Source of the DNA: Octopus bimaculoides
Taxonomy: Eukaryota
Direction of reading: 5' to 3'
Assembly: GCF_001194135.2 (NCBI RefSeq)
Contig: NC_068981.1
Span: 189,771,806-189,835,805 of the forward strand
DNA length: 64,000 nucleotides
The notes under the pieces were generated by a model, which saw only the letters and a list, made by a program, of their open reading frames with translations, ran no database searches and was not told the origin of the DNA. Positions 26,600 to 38,862 of this stretch are shown here, one piece after another (the stretch's first letter is position 1; each line of letters opens with the position of its first letter). A program made the translations under genes and the position numbers.

Positions 26600-26850
26600 A
26601 AGGGGTGATAGACAGACAGACATATAGAGAGATAGACAGATAGATGGATTATAGGGAGATAGACAGATAGATGGATTATAGGGAGATAAACAGATAGATG
26701 GGTAGGTAAACATAGATAAATAGATGGACACACAGATAAATGGCATGTAGATAGACACAAATGGATAGGTAGATAAAGAGACAGACTAATAGATACACAT
26801 ATAGATACATGTCTAAATATCTGGATGGATGGGTAGGTAGATAGATGTGT
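26600..26850. repeat. Degenerate (GATA/GACA)n tract with internal ~28-bp duplication
   Basis: Visible 'agatagatggattatagggagata' twice. Confidence 0.85.
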
Positions 26851-27589
26851 ATAGCTGGAATTTTTGTTTGTAGGGTAAGAAAAGGAAATTATTCAAGCAG
26901 TCTAAGCTTGTGATTTAAATTCAGTTAGACAAGTGGATGACATGATGGAGAACTTACTTCAGTACAGAGATGGGTAGTTGTGTTGATATGAAAAGGAAAA
27001 TAATAGCAAGTGAGAAATAAAAACAAATATAGCAGCAGCAATAGTAGTTACAGCACTAAATATAAGAAATGAAAGTAAGTGACAGTTTCTGAACTGCATA
27101 AGTCACCTGAGGCTTTAGTTAATGGCATGAAATTTATTGAAATTGAAATTAAAATTAGAAAGAAGTATAAATCATCTTAAAGATTTGATGATTAAAACAT
27201 CCCCTGAAATCATTGTATCATGTACCAGAGCCTTATATCATGTGCACAAATAAGACAAAAAATCAAATGTTGAGGGGAGGAGATCAGTTGAATACTAGAT
27301 GCAAAGTAAACATTAGATTCATATTAAGGGTGTTTTCAGAGCAAATGTAAGAACTTGGGTCTGAGCCAAAATATCAGATATTGATGCTGTACTCATGGCA
27401 TAATCTAAAGCAGTAACTTCGAAGTAGACATGTCAGTCCTTAGAATGCTGGCTCATCTAATGTAATAGAGTTAAAAGACACATACTCACCTATAACAAGC
27501 CACTTTCATATAGCCATAGCATCCAAGTCTTCCTCATATCACTACCTATCATTTTTTAATTCAACTGAATAATGTAGTTCATAATATCA

Positions 27590-27815
27590 TCATCATCATC
27601 ATTTAACATCCATTTTCCATGCTGGCATGGGTTGGACAGTTTGACAGAAGCTGGTAAGGCGAGGAGCCACACCAGGTTCGATTGTCTGCTCTGGCATGGA
27701 TTCTACAGCTGGATGCCCTTCTGAATGCCAACCACTTTTACAGAGTGTACAGGGTGCTTTTTTTAGGCATCTGCACCGGTACTTTTTATGAGGCACTAGC
27801 ACCATATTATTGTAG
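27590..27815 (-). mobile_element. RTE 3' UTR copy
   Basis: (CAT)n then 'ttaacatccattttccatgctggcatgggttggac...ggatgcccttc'. Confidence 0.75.
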
Positions 27816-28113
27816 GAAGCAAAACAGGGCAGTCACAACTGCAGAGCATTTTTATTACTGTACTTGCTCGCATATAAGATACACACTTGCATAAAATACA
27901 CTATTTTACAAACATATTTTGTGGAAAAAAAGCAAATTTAGTATGTTTCATCATACACTTACTGAAAGATATTTTAAAGAAGTTTTATAGAGAAAAATGT
28001 TGATTCTCTGCATGTAAATGCAATGCTGTAACCAGTATACTGGAATAAAGTATGAAACCATAAATTTATCATTCATTATATGAGAACTGTATTTTAACTT
28101 TATCTTCTTTCAG

Positions 28114-28170
28114 ATCAACTGTATAGTTTATATTTTGGTCGAGAGAAATGCCATATAAGATGTGAAAGTA
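28114..28170 (+). CDS. Candidate 57-nt phase 1-1 exon (DQLYSLYFGREKCHIRCES)
   Basis: tttatcttctttcag| strong acceptor; donor gtaatt weaker. Confidence 0.3.
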
Positions 28171-28458
28171 GTAATTTTAGATCTGATATACCTTGTTACC
28201 ATGTCTAGCCACCAAAGTGAAGTACCATTGCTCTCATTTTGTTGTTGTCCATTAATGGAAACTGCTGACAAGTGGATGAAAGTGTAACATTTCATCTTTC
28301 TTGGAGAATTTTCATTTACATAATTAAAAAATGTTTATTAACAGTAAAAGAGTCATTAGATAATGCAAGAAACACATTAGATGTGGGTTATGTATGCTGG
28401 GAAAGAAGGTATAATGAGATGATGTGACTTCTCACATAACTATCAACAAACTATAGAT

Positions 28459-28974
28459 CAGGGGGTCACCAAACTTTTTCTACCATTGACCCCCTTTAGC
28501 CACTTCTCCTTCCATACTGACCCCCTTTAGCCATTTCTCCTTCTGCATCGACCAACCTCCTCATTTAAAATATCTTAATACCCTACCCTACTGTACCATA
28601 TCTTAAATGTGTACTGGATTCTGATGCTGGCAATTAAAACATTAGCTAAAATATACATGTCCAACTAATTAAGAAATTCTATTGAAGATGACACACTTCT
28701 TACATTTTAAAACTATGTGTACGAGTCTACAGTATTAGACTTTCAATTTTTATGAAATTGTTTCCATGGTTAGAAAATGTGAAAAATGCATCAAATTGCT
28801 GGAATATCTTTTACTGAAATTGACAACATCAATGCGAGGGATGAGCATGGCACTGACTAAGTATTTCAAGCAGTTCATGTAGGTGAGCTGGTCTTTCCCA
28901 TGCCAACTCCCATTTGACCCCTTGGCTATCATCGACACCTAACGGGTCCCTCAGACCCCCTTTGGTGACCTCTG
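28459..28974. mobile_element. hAT-family non-autonomous element (516 bp)
   Basis: TIR cagggggtcaccaaa / tttggtgacctctg; 8-bp TSD ctatagat / ctgtagat. Confidence 0.85.
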
Positions 28975-29214
28975 CTGTAGATGATCATTTTAAAGTTTGC
29001 ACTAATAGATTGTGATATTTTGGCTTGTTTTTCCTTCATCTTTAACAGTCAGTCTCCCATCTGTAATACAGTCACATTAGATGCAGAGTATTTTTTTTTT
29101 TTTGATAAGTTTAAAAATAAAAAAAAACTGCACATCTTATACACCAGCAAATAAGGTATATACAGATCAATATAATCGATGTTTACTCGTCTAAACAACT
29201 ACACATATATACAC

Positions 29215-29620
29215 ATGTGGTAGACACCCACAAGATTATCCACCATCTTTCCAACAACAACGTTGGGCAATGTTTTCAATTCTATACGTCTAACACTTAT
29301 GGACATGTTTACAAAATCAAAAAACAACACAACATCCATGAATTTTGTAAACAGTTTTTCCATGCTCAGAATTGCTAATGCATGGAATAAACTACCTGCA
29401 TCAGTAGTTGGCTGTCGAGATACTACATCCATCAAAACTTCCATGCTTCCTGAAATTCACCAACAGTACACCCCCCCCCTTCCTTTATTTTAACAACTCA
29501 TTCACTGTTCACTTCCTGTACATTGTTCAATGTATTGTTGATGCACTTTTGGATACTATTTCTGATGAATGTTTAGTACACCTGAGTACTGTAGACAATA
29601 ATTTCATTATTATTATATTT
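29215..29620 (+). mobile_element. CR1-like LINE 3' end (same family as 21290-21860)
   Basis: MLRIANAWNKLPASVVGCRDTTSIKTSMLPEIHQQYT; ends 'cacctgagtactgtagacaataatttcattattattat'. Confidence 0.8.
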
Positions 29621-29679
29621 TCAAACGAACACAATTGCTGTACTGAAGAAGACTCACAGCAGCATTGAGGTCCTAAACC

Positions 29680-29945
29680 CAAGGTGCCATATAAAAAGCA
29701 TTGCTGTGGGTGCTGGTATCACATAAAAAGTATTGGTGTTGGTGCCACGTAAAAAGCACTGGTGATGGTGTTACATAAAAGTATTCAATACACTGTGTAG
29801 AGTGGTTGGTGTTAAGAAGGGCATCCATCAGCAGAAACCAAGCCAAAACAGGCGATGGAACCTGAACCAATCCCTTGTCAGTTCCTGTCATGCTGTCGAA
29901 CCCACACCAAAATAGAAAACATGTTAAATGTTGATGATGATGAGG
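29680..29945 (+). mobile_element. RTE 3' UTR copy with tandem 'ggtgccacgtaaaaagcac'-like units
   Basis: Motif 'aagaagggcatcc', (ATG)n tail. Confidence 0.7.
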
Positions 29946-30176
29946 AGGAGGACACAAATGATTAATCAAAACTAAAACTAGAGGACCTAGACATTTTGAA
30001 ATTGACTTTCTTTCATTCATTTACAAAAAGAATTCCAATGAAGTTTAGAAACACACATGTTACTAGCAATGGTAAAATGTAATATTTTTGTTGTTGACTA
30101 TTATTCTTGCCATGTCAAGTGTGAAAATGGTTATTAAATGGAGTGTGTCTTTGTTTTTTTGTAAATTGTACATCAG

Positions 30177-30265
30177 TATTTCTGCAAGTATTCTTAATTC
30201 AAAGAAAATATCTCTCAGCACTTTGGTAGAAACATTATGTGATTCTGAAACAATCAGGAAAAGTG
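30177..30265 (+). CDS. Candidate 89-nt exon (ISASILNSKKISLSTLVETLCDSETIRKS)
   Basis: tttttttgtaaattgtacatcag| ... GTG|gtatgt inside a ~100-codon open frame. Confidence 0.3.
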
Positions 30266-30512
30266 GTATGTTTTTAATATTACAAATGACCCAACTGTTT
30301 TTTCTGCCTGGAACAGTAATTGTTTTCACACAAATGAGTTTGGTAGAATATTTTGCAGACTTCATTTCTGCAGTCTTTTAAGTAAAGGGAAACAACCCTT
30401 GTTGCGTTAGTATTTCCTCTTCTGTTTAACCTTATATACATCTACCCTTGTCTATCACTGATTCATTCATCACTGTCCAGGATAACATGGGTTGGCAATG
30501 ATAAAGTCTGCT

Positions 30513-30880
30513 TTACAACCACATGGTTCCAGGTTCAGTCTCACTGCCTAACATCTTAGGCAAGAGTTTTCTACTATAAGCCCCAGGCCAGCCAAAGCCT
30601 TGAGAGTGGATTTGATAGATGGAAACTAAAAGAAGCCTGTTATTCATATTTGTGTGTGTGTGTGCATCTTCGTGTTTGTCTCCCATCACTGCTTGACAAC
30701 TAGTGTTGGTTTGTTTACGTACCCATACCTTTGCAATTTTGCAAACAGAAACCAATAGTATAAGTAGCAGCCTTAGAAAATAATAAGTACTGGGGTCAAT
30801 TTGTTCAACTAAACCCTTCAAGGTGGTGCCCCAGCATGACCGCAGTCTAATGATTGCAATAAGTAAAGGATAAAAGATAT
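30513..30880 (+). mobile_element. SINE A copy (diverged)
   Basis: Head 'aaccacatggttccaggttcagtc', tail 'gtaaaggataaaaga'. Confidence 0.8.
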
Positions 30881-31040
30881 GTCATTAAATTTTACTCTAT
30901 TATTCCAATGATGAACCAATATTGTGTTTAAAATCTGTTTGGAAATACGACTTGGGTAAGGTAGTGGGGCAACATAGAGTCTTGGAACAAACTCCATCTT
31001 TCCCATGCATTGCATTCATTTATCACAGATGCTTTTAACA

Positions 31041-31198
31041 TACACAATTTAACATGGTGTATGGTGTATTAAAATACACAATTTAACATGGTGTATGGTG
31101 TATTAAAATACACAATTTAACATGGTGTATGGTGTATTAAAATACACAATTTAACATGGTGTATGGTGTATTAAAATACACAATTTAACATGGTGTAT
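31041..31198. repeat. Perfect 34-bp minisatellite, 4.6 copies
   Basis: Unit tacacaatttaacatggtgtatggtgtattaaaa at 31041, 31075, 31109, 31143, partial 31177. Confidence 0.95.
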
Positions 31199-31429
31199 TT
31201 ATGGAAACAAACCCCCTTGGTCAACTAGGATTATAGTATTAGACTGAATATCTTCCATAGAAACCCTCTTCATTACAGAAATTCAGATGACTGAAATCCT
31301 TTTCTTTTGTGGTAACAGCCAAAACTGTGACTAATATCAAAGGAGCTTGTTATACGAGTACCTGTTTAGGGGAAAGGGAAAAATTAAGCTATGATGTCTG
31401 GACCTTTTCAAAAGCCATTGATAAGAATG

Positions 31430-31665
31430 ATAAGGTGGTGAGCTGGCAGAAATGTTAGCACGCTGAGCAAAATGCTTAGCGGTATATTGCCTGCTGTTAC
31501 ATTCTGAGTTCAAATTCCGCTGAGGTTGACTTTGCCTTTCATCCTTTCAGGGTCGATTAAATAAGTACCAGTTACACACTAGGGTCGATATAATCGACTT
31601 AATCCGTTTGTCTGTCCTTGTTTGTCACCTCTATGTTTAGCCCCTTGTGGGCAGTAAAGAAATAA
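31430..31665 (+). mobile_element. Full-length SINE B (tail type 3)
   Basis: 'aaggtggtgagctggcagaaatgttagcacgc...ttctgagttcaaattcc...gccccttgtgggcagtaaagaaataa'. Confidence 0.85.
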
Positions 31666-32238
31666 GATTGATTTTTCATTTTTACTTCCAGATATATCAC
31701 AATAGTAATCACCAAGCTGAAGACATAAAACCAAATGTTAGAAGTAAATTTGATTTATTAATCACTTTATTGATTATTATTTGCCTATTTAGTGATGACA
31801 GTATTATAGGATGTTAATGAAGTAAGTGCTGTGACTAAAACAGAATTAGATTTAATATTGGTTAATAACTCATGATAATATCGCACCCATGGTATGAGCT
31901 GTCAAGGAACCACATGCCTTGGGTGGCAGGTAAAGTTTATAATAAACAGCAAATTATAAATGATAAATATGTTAGAAACATGACAGTCAATGATTTTGAC
32001 TAGACAGGACTTGTAATGTCTGGAGAAAGTGGATTTTAGAACTTTGAACCATGAAACTTAGAAGACATACTGAGTGCAAGTGAATGGCAAAAGAATTTGA
32101 TTATTGTCGAATAGTGGGTGCCTTCTTCCATTGGTTTTCTATAAACATCCCATCAAGTTTAAAGAAAAAAGCATACAACACAAATTCAATATACCATTTT
32201 AATTAAACAGAAGCTAATTGTTTATTACTTGCTATATA

Positions 32239-32455
32239 CAAAGGGGTGCTAAAATGTTTCTGGCTTTAAGGGTATCGTGAAAGGCCTGGTTGGAGAATTA
32301 ACCTCCTGAGTTCTTTTACAGGGATTAGAAAAGCTGAAGGGCCACTGCAATATATATGTGAATCTGAGAGATGAATATGTTAAATAAAATCGTAATTAAC
32401 TGATCCTCCTGCATTTTCTTTTACCCAAAGCCAGGACATTTTCAGCACCCTCTCG
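32239..32455 (+). mobile_element. Mariner-derived MITE (internal deletion derivative)
   Basis: TA|caaaggggtgctaaaatgtttctggcttt ... aaagccaggacattttcagcaccctctcg|TA; internal remnant of transposase C-terminus (FFYRD*KS / NLRDEYVK*). Confidence 0.8.
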
Positions 32456-32629
32456 TATAATTGTATAATCTCATCTAGTATGTGCCTTTTATTAAATATT
32501 TGTGTAGACCAGTGCATCCTGTGATAATTTTTATGGAAATTACTGAAGAAGGTAGGGACTCATTTAATGAAGTTATAATTGGACCGCGGTACATCATTAG
32601 TCATGCTTTTACTTTCTGATAACACGATG

Positions 32630-32751
32630 TCCTTCCCAGCCATGGTTCTGGGTTCAGTCCCACTGCACGGCACCTTGGGCAAATGTCTTCTACTATACCC
32701 TCAGGCAGGCCAAAGCCTTATGAGTGGATTTGGTTGATGGAAACTGAAAGA

Positions 32752-32811
<60 letters not shown>

Positions 32812-33020
32812 ATTTGCGTGTCTGTGTTTGTCCCTGCACCATCNNNNNNNNNNACAACTGATGTTGGTGTGTTTACGTCCATGTAACTTAATGGTTCTGC
32901 AAAAGAGACCGATGGAATATGTACTAGGCTTACAAAGAATAAGTTCTGGGGTCGATTTGTTCAACTAAGGGTGGTGCTCCAGTATGGCCACAGTTAAATG
33001 ACTGAAACAAATGAAAGAAT
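32630..33020 (+). mobile_element. SINE A copy (contains 10-N gap at 32844-32853)
   Basis: Matches family A. Confidence 0.85.
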
Positions 33021-33279
33021 AAATTTTAACAACAAATCTTTTGTGGACCGCCAAGGGTCATGTGGACCCTGATCGAGAACAATTTGAAACGCCAAGTGTG
33101 CATTATGGAGCAGTCTCAGGCAGTTTGATATCTGAAGGGTTAAACAATTAAGATAATCCTTGGCAAACATGTAGAGATAAGGGAAAAATCAACTAACACT
33201 TTGAAACAGAGTTTACAAGACATTTTAATTTGATAAACAGATTGTTTCGGACTGTAATGTAAACGAGCCTAAAATATTC

Positions 33280-33414
33280 CTATTTTCCTTGCACCATAGG
33301 GTCAATGAATGCGTCCCTCTCCTTGGTCACTTCTTTGATAAACACTGCTTGTGGAACTTTTAGGAGGTAATACAAAACAGGTTCCCCTTTCTTTATGTAT
33401 TTCTTTAAAGACCC
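33280..33414 (-). CDS. Candidate terminal exon GSLKKYIKKGEPVLYYLLKVPQAVFIKEVTKERDAFIDPMVQGK*
   Basis: catcttgtttacaagttag| acceptor, 44 sense codons then TAG, GC-richer than flanks; a competing + strand exon 33300-33366 also has good splice sites. Confidence 0.3.
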   Translation of the reverse strand, partial: GSLKKYIKKGEPVLYYLLKVPQAVFIKEVTKERDAFIDPMVQGK

Positions 33415-33934
33415 CTAACTTGTAAACAAGATGCAGATAAATTGGCTACAGGGGCTCAGAATGGAAACAGCCAGAACAAATACTACAAGGTATTTTGTCC
33501 AACACTCTAACACAGAAGAATAAAAACTTAAGTTGACTTTGGTGGGATTTGAACTCAGACTACAAGAAGTCAGAACAAATACTGCAAAGCTTTATATTAT
33601 TGTCCGTGTCCTCTAACAATTCTGTCAACCCCCATTTCCCCCCAGATATTAAATATTCATTAAAACAAGTCTAAGCAATGTCTTTCAGTTCAGAATTATT
33701 GAAAATTTTATGTATTCTCTCTATTTATTATTTATATTGAGTTTCTTTTCCTAATTACACACAAGTTGTGTTAGTTTGAAATCATGAAAATCAAATGTTC
33801 CATTATTTGAATTTGAATATTATTAATGTTGAATTACTGATCACATAAGCCAAACTGTCAAAATTTATTATCAGTTATGCCTCATTTCAGAAATTTACAG
33901 TTTCGAAAATATTTATAATAACAATAATGACAAT

Positions 33935-34147
33935 AATGATAACCCCTTCTACTATAGACACAAGGTCTGAAATTTGGGGAAGGGGACTAGTCGATTACAT
34001 CGACCCCCAGTGTTTCACTGGTATTTAATTTACTGACTTTGAAAGGCAAAGTCAACCTCGGCAGAATTTGAACACAGAATGTGAAGATGGATGAAATGCC
34101 GCTAAGCATTTCGCCTGGCACGCTAATGATTCTGCCAGCTTGCTGCC

Positions 34148-34234
<87 letters not shown>

Positions 34235-34440
34235 GTAATAGTTTCAAATTTAGATATGAGGCCAGCAACTTCGAGGGATGGAGTAAATGGATTACTTCAA
34301 CCCCAGAACTCAACTGGTACTTATTTTATCGACTCTGAAATGTAAAGTCGACCTCGGCAGAATTTGAACTCAGAACACAAAGACGGATGAAATACCACTA
34401 GACATTTTGTCATGAGTGCTAACAATTCTGTACACTGCCC
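33935..34440 (-). mobile_element. Two SINE B copies (different tails) joined by a ~85-bp (TAA)n
   Basis: Core 'gtc.acctcggcagaatttgaac.caga' twice; (TAA)n 34149-34237. Confidence 0.85.
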
Positions 34441-34732
34441 ATCATTAAGTTGTATTTGTTCTGCCTTACCCTTGGAAAGGTGTCATTCCACAAGTTGTGA
34501 TATGAATAGATTTTGAGACTCATTGTTTGGTCGAGTTGACTTTTTCATGAATCACGAGAATGCATGGCCACTGCTTGTCATTGCTTTCTAAAGTGACAAT
34601 CACTTTACATGAGAGTGTATGACTACATATATATGTGTGTGTGTGACTGTGTGTGGATGTGTGTACAGACATATGCTCCTAAATATTTCTGTTATCAAAA
34701 ATTCTAAAATCTTACAACTCAATACATACGTA

Positions 34733-34950
34733 CAGGTGCAGGACTGGCTGTGTGGTAAGTAGCTTGCTTACCAACCACATGGTTCGGGTTCAGTCCCACT
34801 GCATGGCACCTTGGGCAAGTGTCTTTTTCTATAGCCTCAGGCTGACCAAAGCCTTGTGAGTGGATTTGGTAGATGGAAACTGAAAAGAAGCCCATCGTGT
34901 CTGTGTGTGTGTGTATATATACATTCTCCACTTAATTATATATATATATA

Positions 34951-34985
<35 letters not shown>

Positions 34986-35155
34986 ACACCCCACCATCAC
35001 TTGACAACCGATGCTGGTGTGATTGCGTCCCCGTAACTTAGTGGTTCGGCAAGAGACCGATAGAATAAGTCCTGGGGTCGATTTGTTTGACTAAAGGCAG
35101 TGCTCCAGCATGGCCGCAGTCAAATGACTGAAACAAATAAAAGAGTAAAAGAATA
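34733..35155 (+). mobile_element. Full-length SINE A
   Basis: 'ggtgcaggactggctgtgtggtaagtagcttgcttaccaaccacatggttcgggttcagtccc' ... 'aaataaaagagtaaaaga'. Confidence 0.9.
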
Positions 35156-35984
35156 TATAGAAAAGAAAGCAATTCTTTTACCAAAGTACATTCAATAAAG
35201 CATACTTTAGGCTACTGATTCCCTACTTTTATAGCTACATGTTTCATTCACATGTAGCATCCCACATGTACCAAATATTTTATGACTAACATGGCAATGT
35301 CAATTAGAAAAAAACTTTGACTAATTGGTTAATTAGTGAAACATGAATCTATGCAATATGTTTTGCTTTCTGAATATTTGGATGATATTACAGAAGCTGG
35401 GGAAACTAATTTTATGGGTAACTAGCATACTAATTACGTTTTATGTACTTATGGAGATAACTATCCACAGTTTCTGTGCTATTATTTTATTATTACTAGT
35501 AGTATTATTATTAAGAAATAAATAATTAAACGTTTTTCAATGCAATAAAGAAGATTCCATCACAATTGTTGCTCATAAAATATTTGATGCCATGCAAGTA
35601 TTTGGTATTTAATTGCAGAGATAGCAAATCAAACTACCAAATCATTTTAATGAGGAGTACAATATACAAACAGAATTTTTTCTCTCATCTAAGTGGCCTC
35701 ACTCGTATTTAGCATATGATGATGATGATGCTTTTACATTTGTTTGTCTTGTCATGGGTTGGACAGCATCATCACAAATTAAATCAGTTCTTGTTCAGTG
35801 TTATTGCTGTAGTAGACGGATCATGTCTTCCACATCAAATTAAACCAGTAAATCTCATTGAACTTATTTATAATTATTCAATTATCTGTTGACATCTGCA
35901 TATCTACAGTTGATTCCTTTAATCCCGACAACAGATAACTTGTTGATAATATCTTAGTTTATTTATGATACACTACTAAGTGTC

Positions 35985-36466
35985 ACTGAGAATGAAAATA
36001 ATTATTTCAAATTTTTGTCACAAGGGCAGCCTGGGGGAGGTGGGGATGAGTTGATTACATCAACCTCATTGTTTGACTGGTATTTATTTTATTGACCCTG
36101 AAAGGATGAAAGGCAAAGTGAACCTCAGTGGAATTTGAACTCAGAATGTAGCGATGGGTGAAAAACCACTAAGCATTTCATCCAGCATGCTACTGATTCT
36201 GCCAGTTTGCCACTATACTGAGAATGAAAATAATCCTTCCTATTATAGGCACAAGGCCTGAAGTTTTGTGGGAGGGGACTAGTTGATTACATCGGCCCCA
36301 GAATTTCACTGGTACTTAATTTATCGATCCTGAAAAGTTGAAAGGCAAAGTCGACCTTGGTGGAATTTGAACTCAGAACATAAGGGCAGATGGAATACCG
36401 CTAAGCATTTTGCCCAGCATCCTAACAACTCTATCAGCTCACTGATTGACTGAGAATGAAAATAAT
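35985..36466 (-). mobile_element. Two SINE B copies bracketed by three copies of 18-bp actgagaatgaaaataat
   Basis: 18-mer at 35985, 36217 and 36449. Confidence 0.85.
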
Positions 36467-38159
36467 ACAGGAAAACTAGTCAGAAAATTATTTTAATTTC
36501 AGAAACAGGAGTTATTTTAGAAATCGTAGTTTTATTTTATAAAGTGGAGTTACATTTCCAACCACATCCAACAGTGTGTTCCATTGGTGACCCACATCTG
36601 AAGCCACAACATGGTTTTCTCTGACTTTCTCACTCTCAAAAGAAAACAAGGCTCTGAAATGCTAGATTCTTCACTTCTTGTGCAACTGTGAACTTGGCAA
36701 ATGCTGATTATTTAATCAATAACGGACACACTGGAGCTTTTATCCTTTCTATCTCTTTTCTCTCGCTACCATAATAGTCTTTGTTCTACAAAGCTAACTG
36801 GTACCATATCTTTACCACTCAAGCTTCCTCAACCTACACATCTTTCTACTTCTTGCCACCCTTATTGTGTCTAACCCCTCTGACCCCATCCCTTTAATAG
36901 TTTAAACGAAACATTATGCTCACCAGTCGCAGGCAGCAGGATGTAAAGGTTATGGACACTTCCACCTCTTCCACATTTACCAAGTGTTAGAAAAAAAAAA
37001 TGAAGGAAAACAAAACCTGAATTTCAGATTTTGCCAACCCTGATCTTATTTGATGCGCAACTTATTTATTGAACTCGATTCAAAGATATTTTATTCTTGT
37101 ATAAAAGCAAATAAATAGTTAAACAAAAGAATGAATTATATATCATAGTAGTGAGACACAATAATGACTTAAATTTTAAAGTTAGGGAAAATACAATCCA
37201 TAATAGATCACAATATTTTCAAGAAAGACAACTCTCAGTAAAAGTCAAAAAGTTGCCTCCCTTGGAAAAACCGTATCTTTTATGCGAAGATGTTTGTTAC
37301 AGTGAGCGATAAATTTTATATTTTTCCGAACTTAACCTCTCATAGAATTTCAAAGAATTTTTATCACATTGTCACATTTACATTCTAATAGTCTCCAACG
37401 AAAGAGGTATGTTGTAATGACTATTAATTCAAATACAAAACATTATATTTCCCATCACTCAACTTGCTTAGATCAAATTACATAGTTTATTGTAGTTACC
37501 CTCAATAGAAACGTGGGTAGTCAAAGTTTTCTGAGACACAGAAGTCATTCTCAGCCTGACCTAAATATTTCCATCAGAAATGGACTCTATTAAACGTATT
37601 CATGGAGACTCTAACAGTCTAGAATAGGAATGGTCTCTCCGTATCCATTAATTGAATTTTACTCTCAAGACATATTTGTTAGCACTTTTATAACTAATGA
37701 AGTTTTTTTTTATTAACTTGATAGGATTTTATCATGAAATTAAATATTAAAAAAAACAATAAATATAAATTTTTTTTTTCTAAATTTAAAAAAATAGTAA
37801 TATTTTAACCCTTTCTGCCAGGGGATCAAGTATGCTCAGTTCCATGCATGTGCACTTGAGACACAGGAACCAAATTACCTTGATTTTGATAGTGGAGTAC
37901 TTTTAAGAATTTTCGACATTTCACATGGTGAAGTGTGCTGCATTTTATTTTTACTGTTTAATAGGAAGCGGTTACAAGAACAGACCTGAATATGATTAGC
38001 ATGTTAAATCACCAGTAAGAATTCTAATAAGTGCAATGAGGCTATCCTTCCATGAATTATTCAAAATTAATACCACAGTTGTTATTGTAGTGTTTTTCTA
38101 GGATTCAGAATTCTAGCCATAGAAACCAAACCAAAACGACTGGAGCCTGATGCAGCTCT

Positions 38160-38330
38160 AATAATAATAATGAAATTATTGTGTACAGTGCTCAGGTGCA
38201 CTGTAATCTCAACTAATCAAAAGTTGCATGTACAATACACAGAATTATGTACAAATGTTAGGAAAGTGGAACAATTTCCGAGTCATGCGTGTGGAGGGGG
38301 AGATATCAAGTGTAGTGTTGGCGAGTTTCT
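38160..38330 (-). mobile_element. CR1-like 3' UTR fragment
   Basis: 'aatgaaattattgtgtacagtgctcaggtgcac' as at ~21300. Confidence 0.75.
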
Positions 38331-38679
38331 CTCTGGATGGTAGATTCCTGTCAAGCCATCCAATCCATGCCAGCAAGGAAAATGGATATTAAACGATGAT
38401 GATGTTATCTTCCTGACTTCAATTTTATACTCAGGGCAAAATATTCTAAAATTTACCGGTCCCATGACTGGCATTGATTTTCTTATTCAGCTTACTATTT
38501 GTCTATTTGTCTTTGTAACTGGCAAGAACAAAAAAAACTACTCTTTTTCTTTGAGTAGTATAGCTGATCTATACACTAAGGAATTATATATAAAAAGTAG
38601 AAAGATATAAAGAATTTGGTGGGGTATTCATTAGTGAAAATGTCATTTCAGTATTCTCGTATTACCTGTAGTTTGTCTG

Positions 38680-38862
38680 TCAATGCGACGAAGACCATCT
38701 AGTCATCCTGGGGTGGGGGTGGGCTTTTTTTTTTGCGAGTTCTCAGATGGCTAGTGAGGCCAACCTGCGCCCAAAAGAGTCTTTGACAGTGTAGACAGGG
38801 AATGGTAGCACCTGCTACAGGGTTGTTAACTCTGTTCTTCCTGGCTTGTCTGCGGTCTTCCT
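38680..38862 (-). mobile_element. BovB/RTE-1-like LINE 3' terminus
   Basis: IPCLHCQRLFWAQVGLTSHLRT, matching the C-terminal CxxC..GLxSHxRxH motif of BovB-type RTEs. Confidence 0.7.

Noticed and set aside
31041-31198. CRISPR-like repeat array
   Set aside because: Units are contiguous with no unique spacers, the context is eukaryotic, and no cas genes are present.
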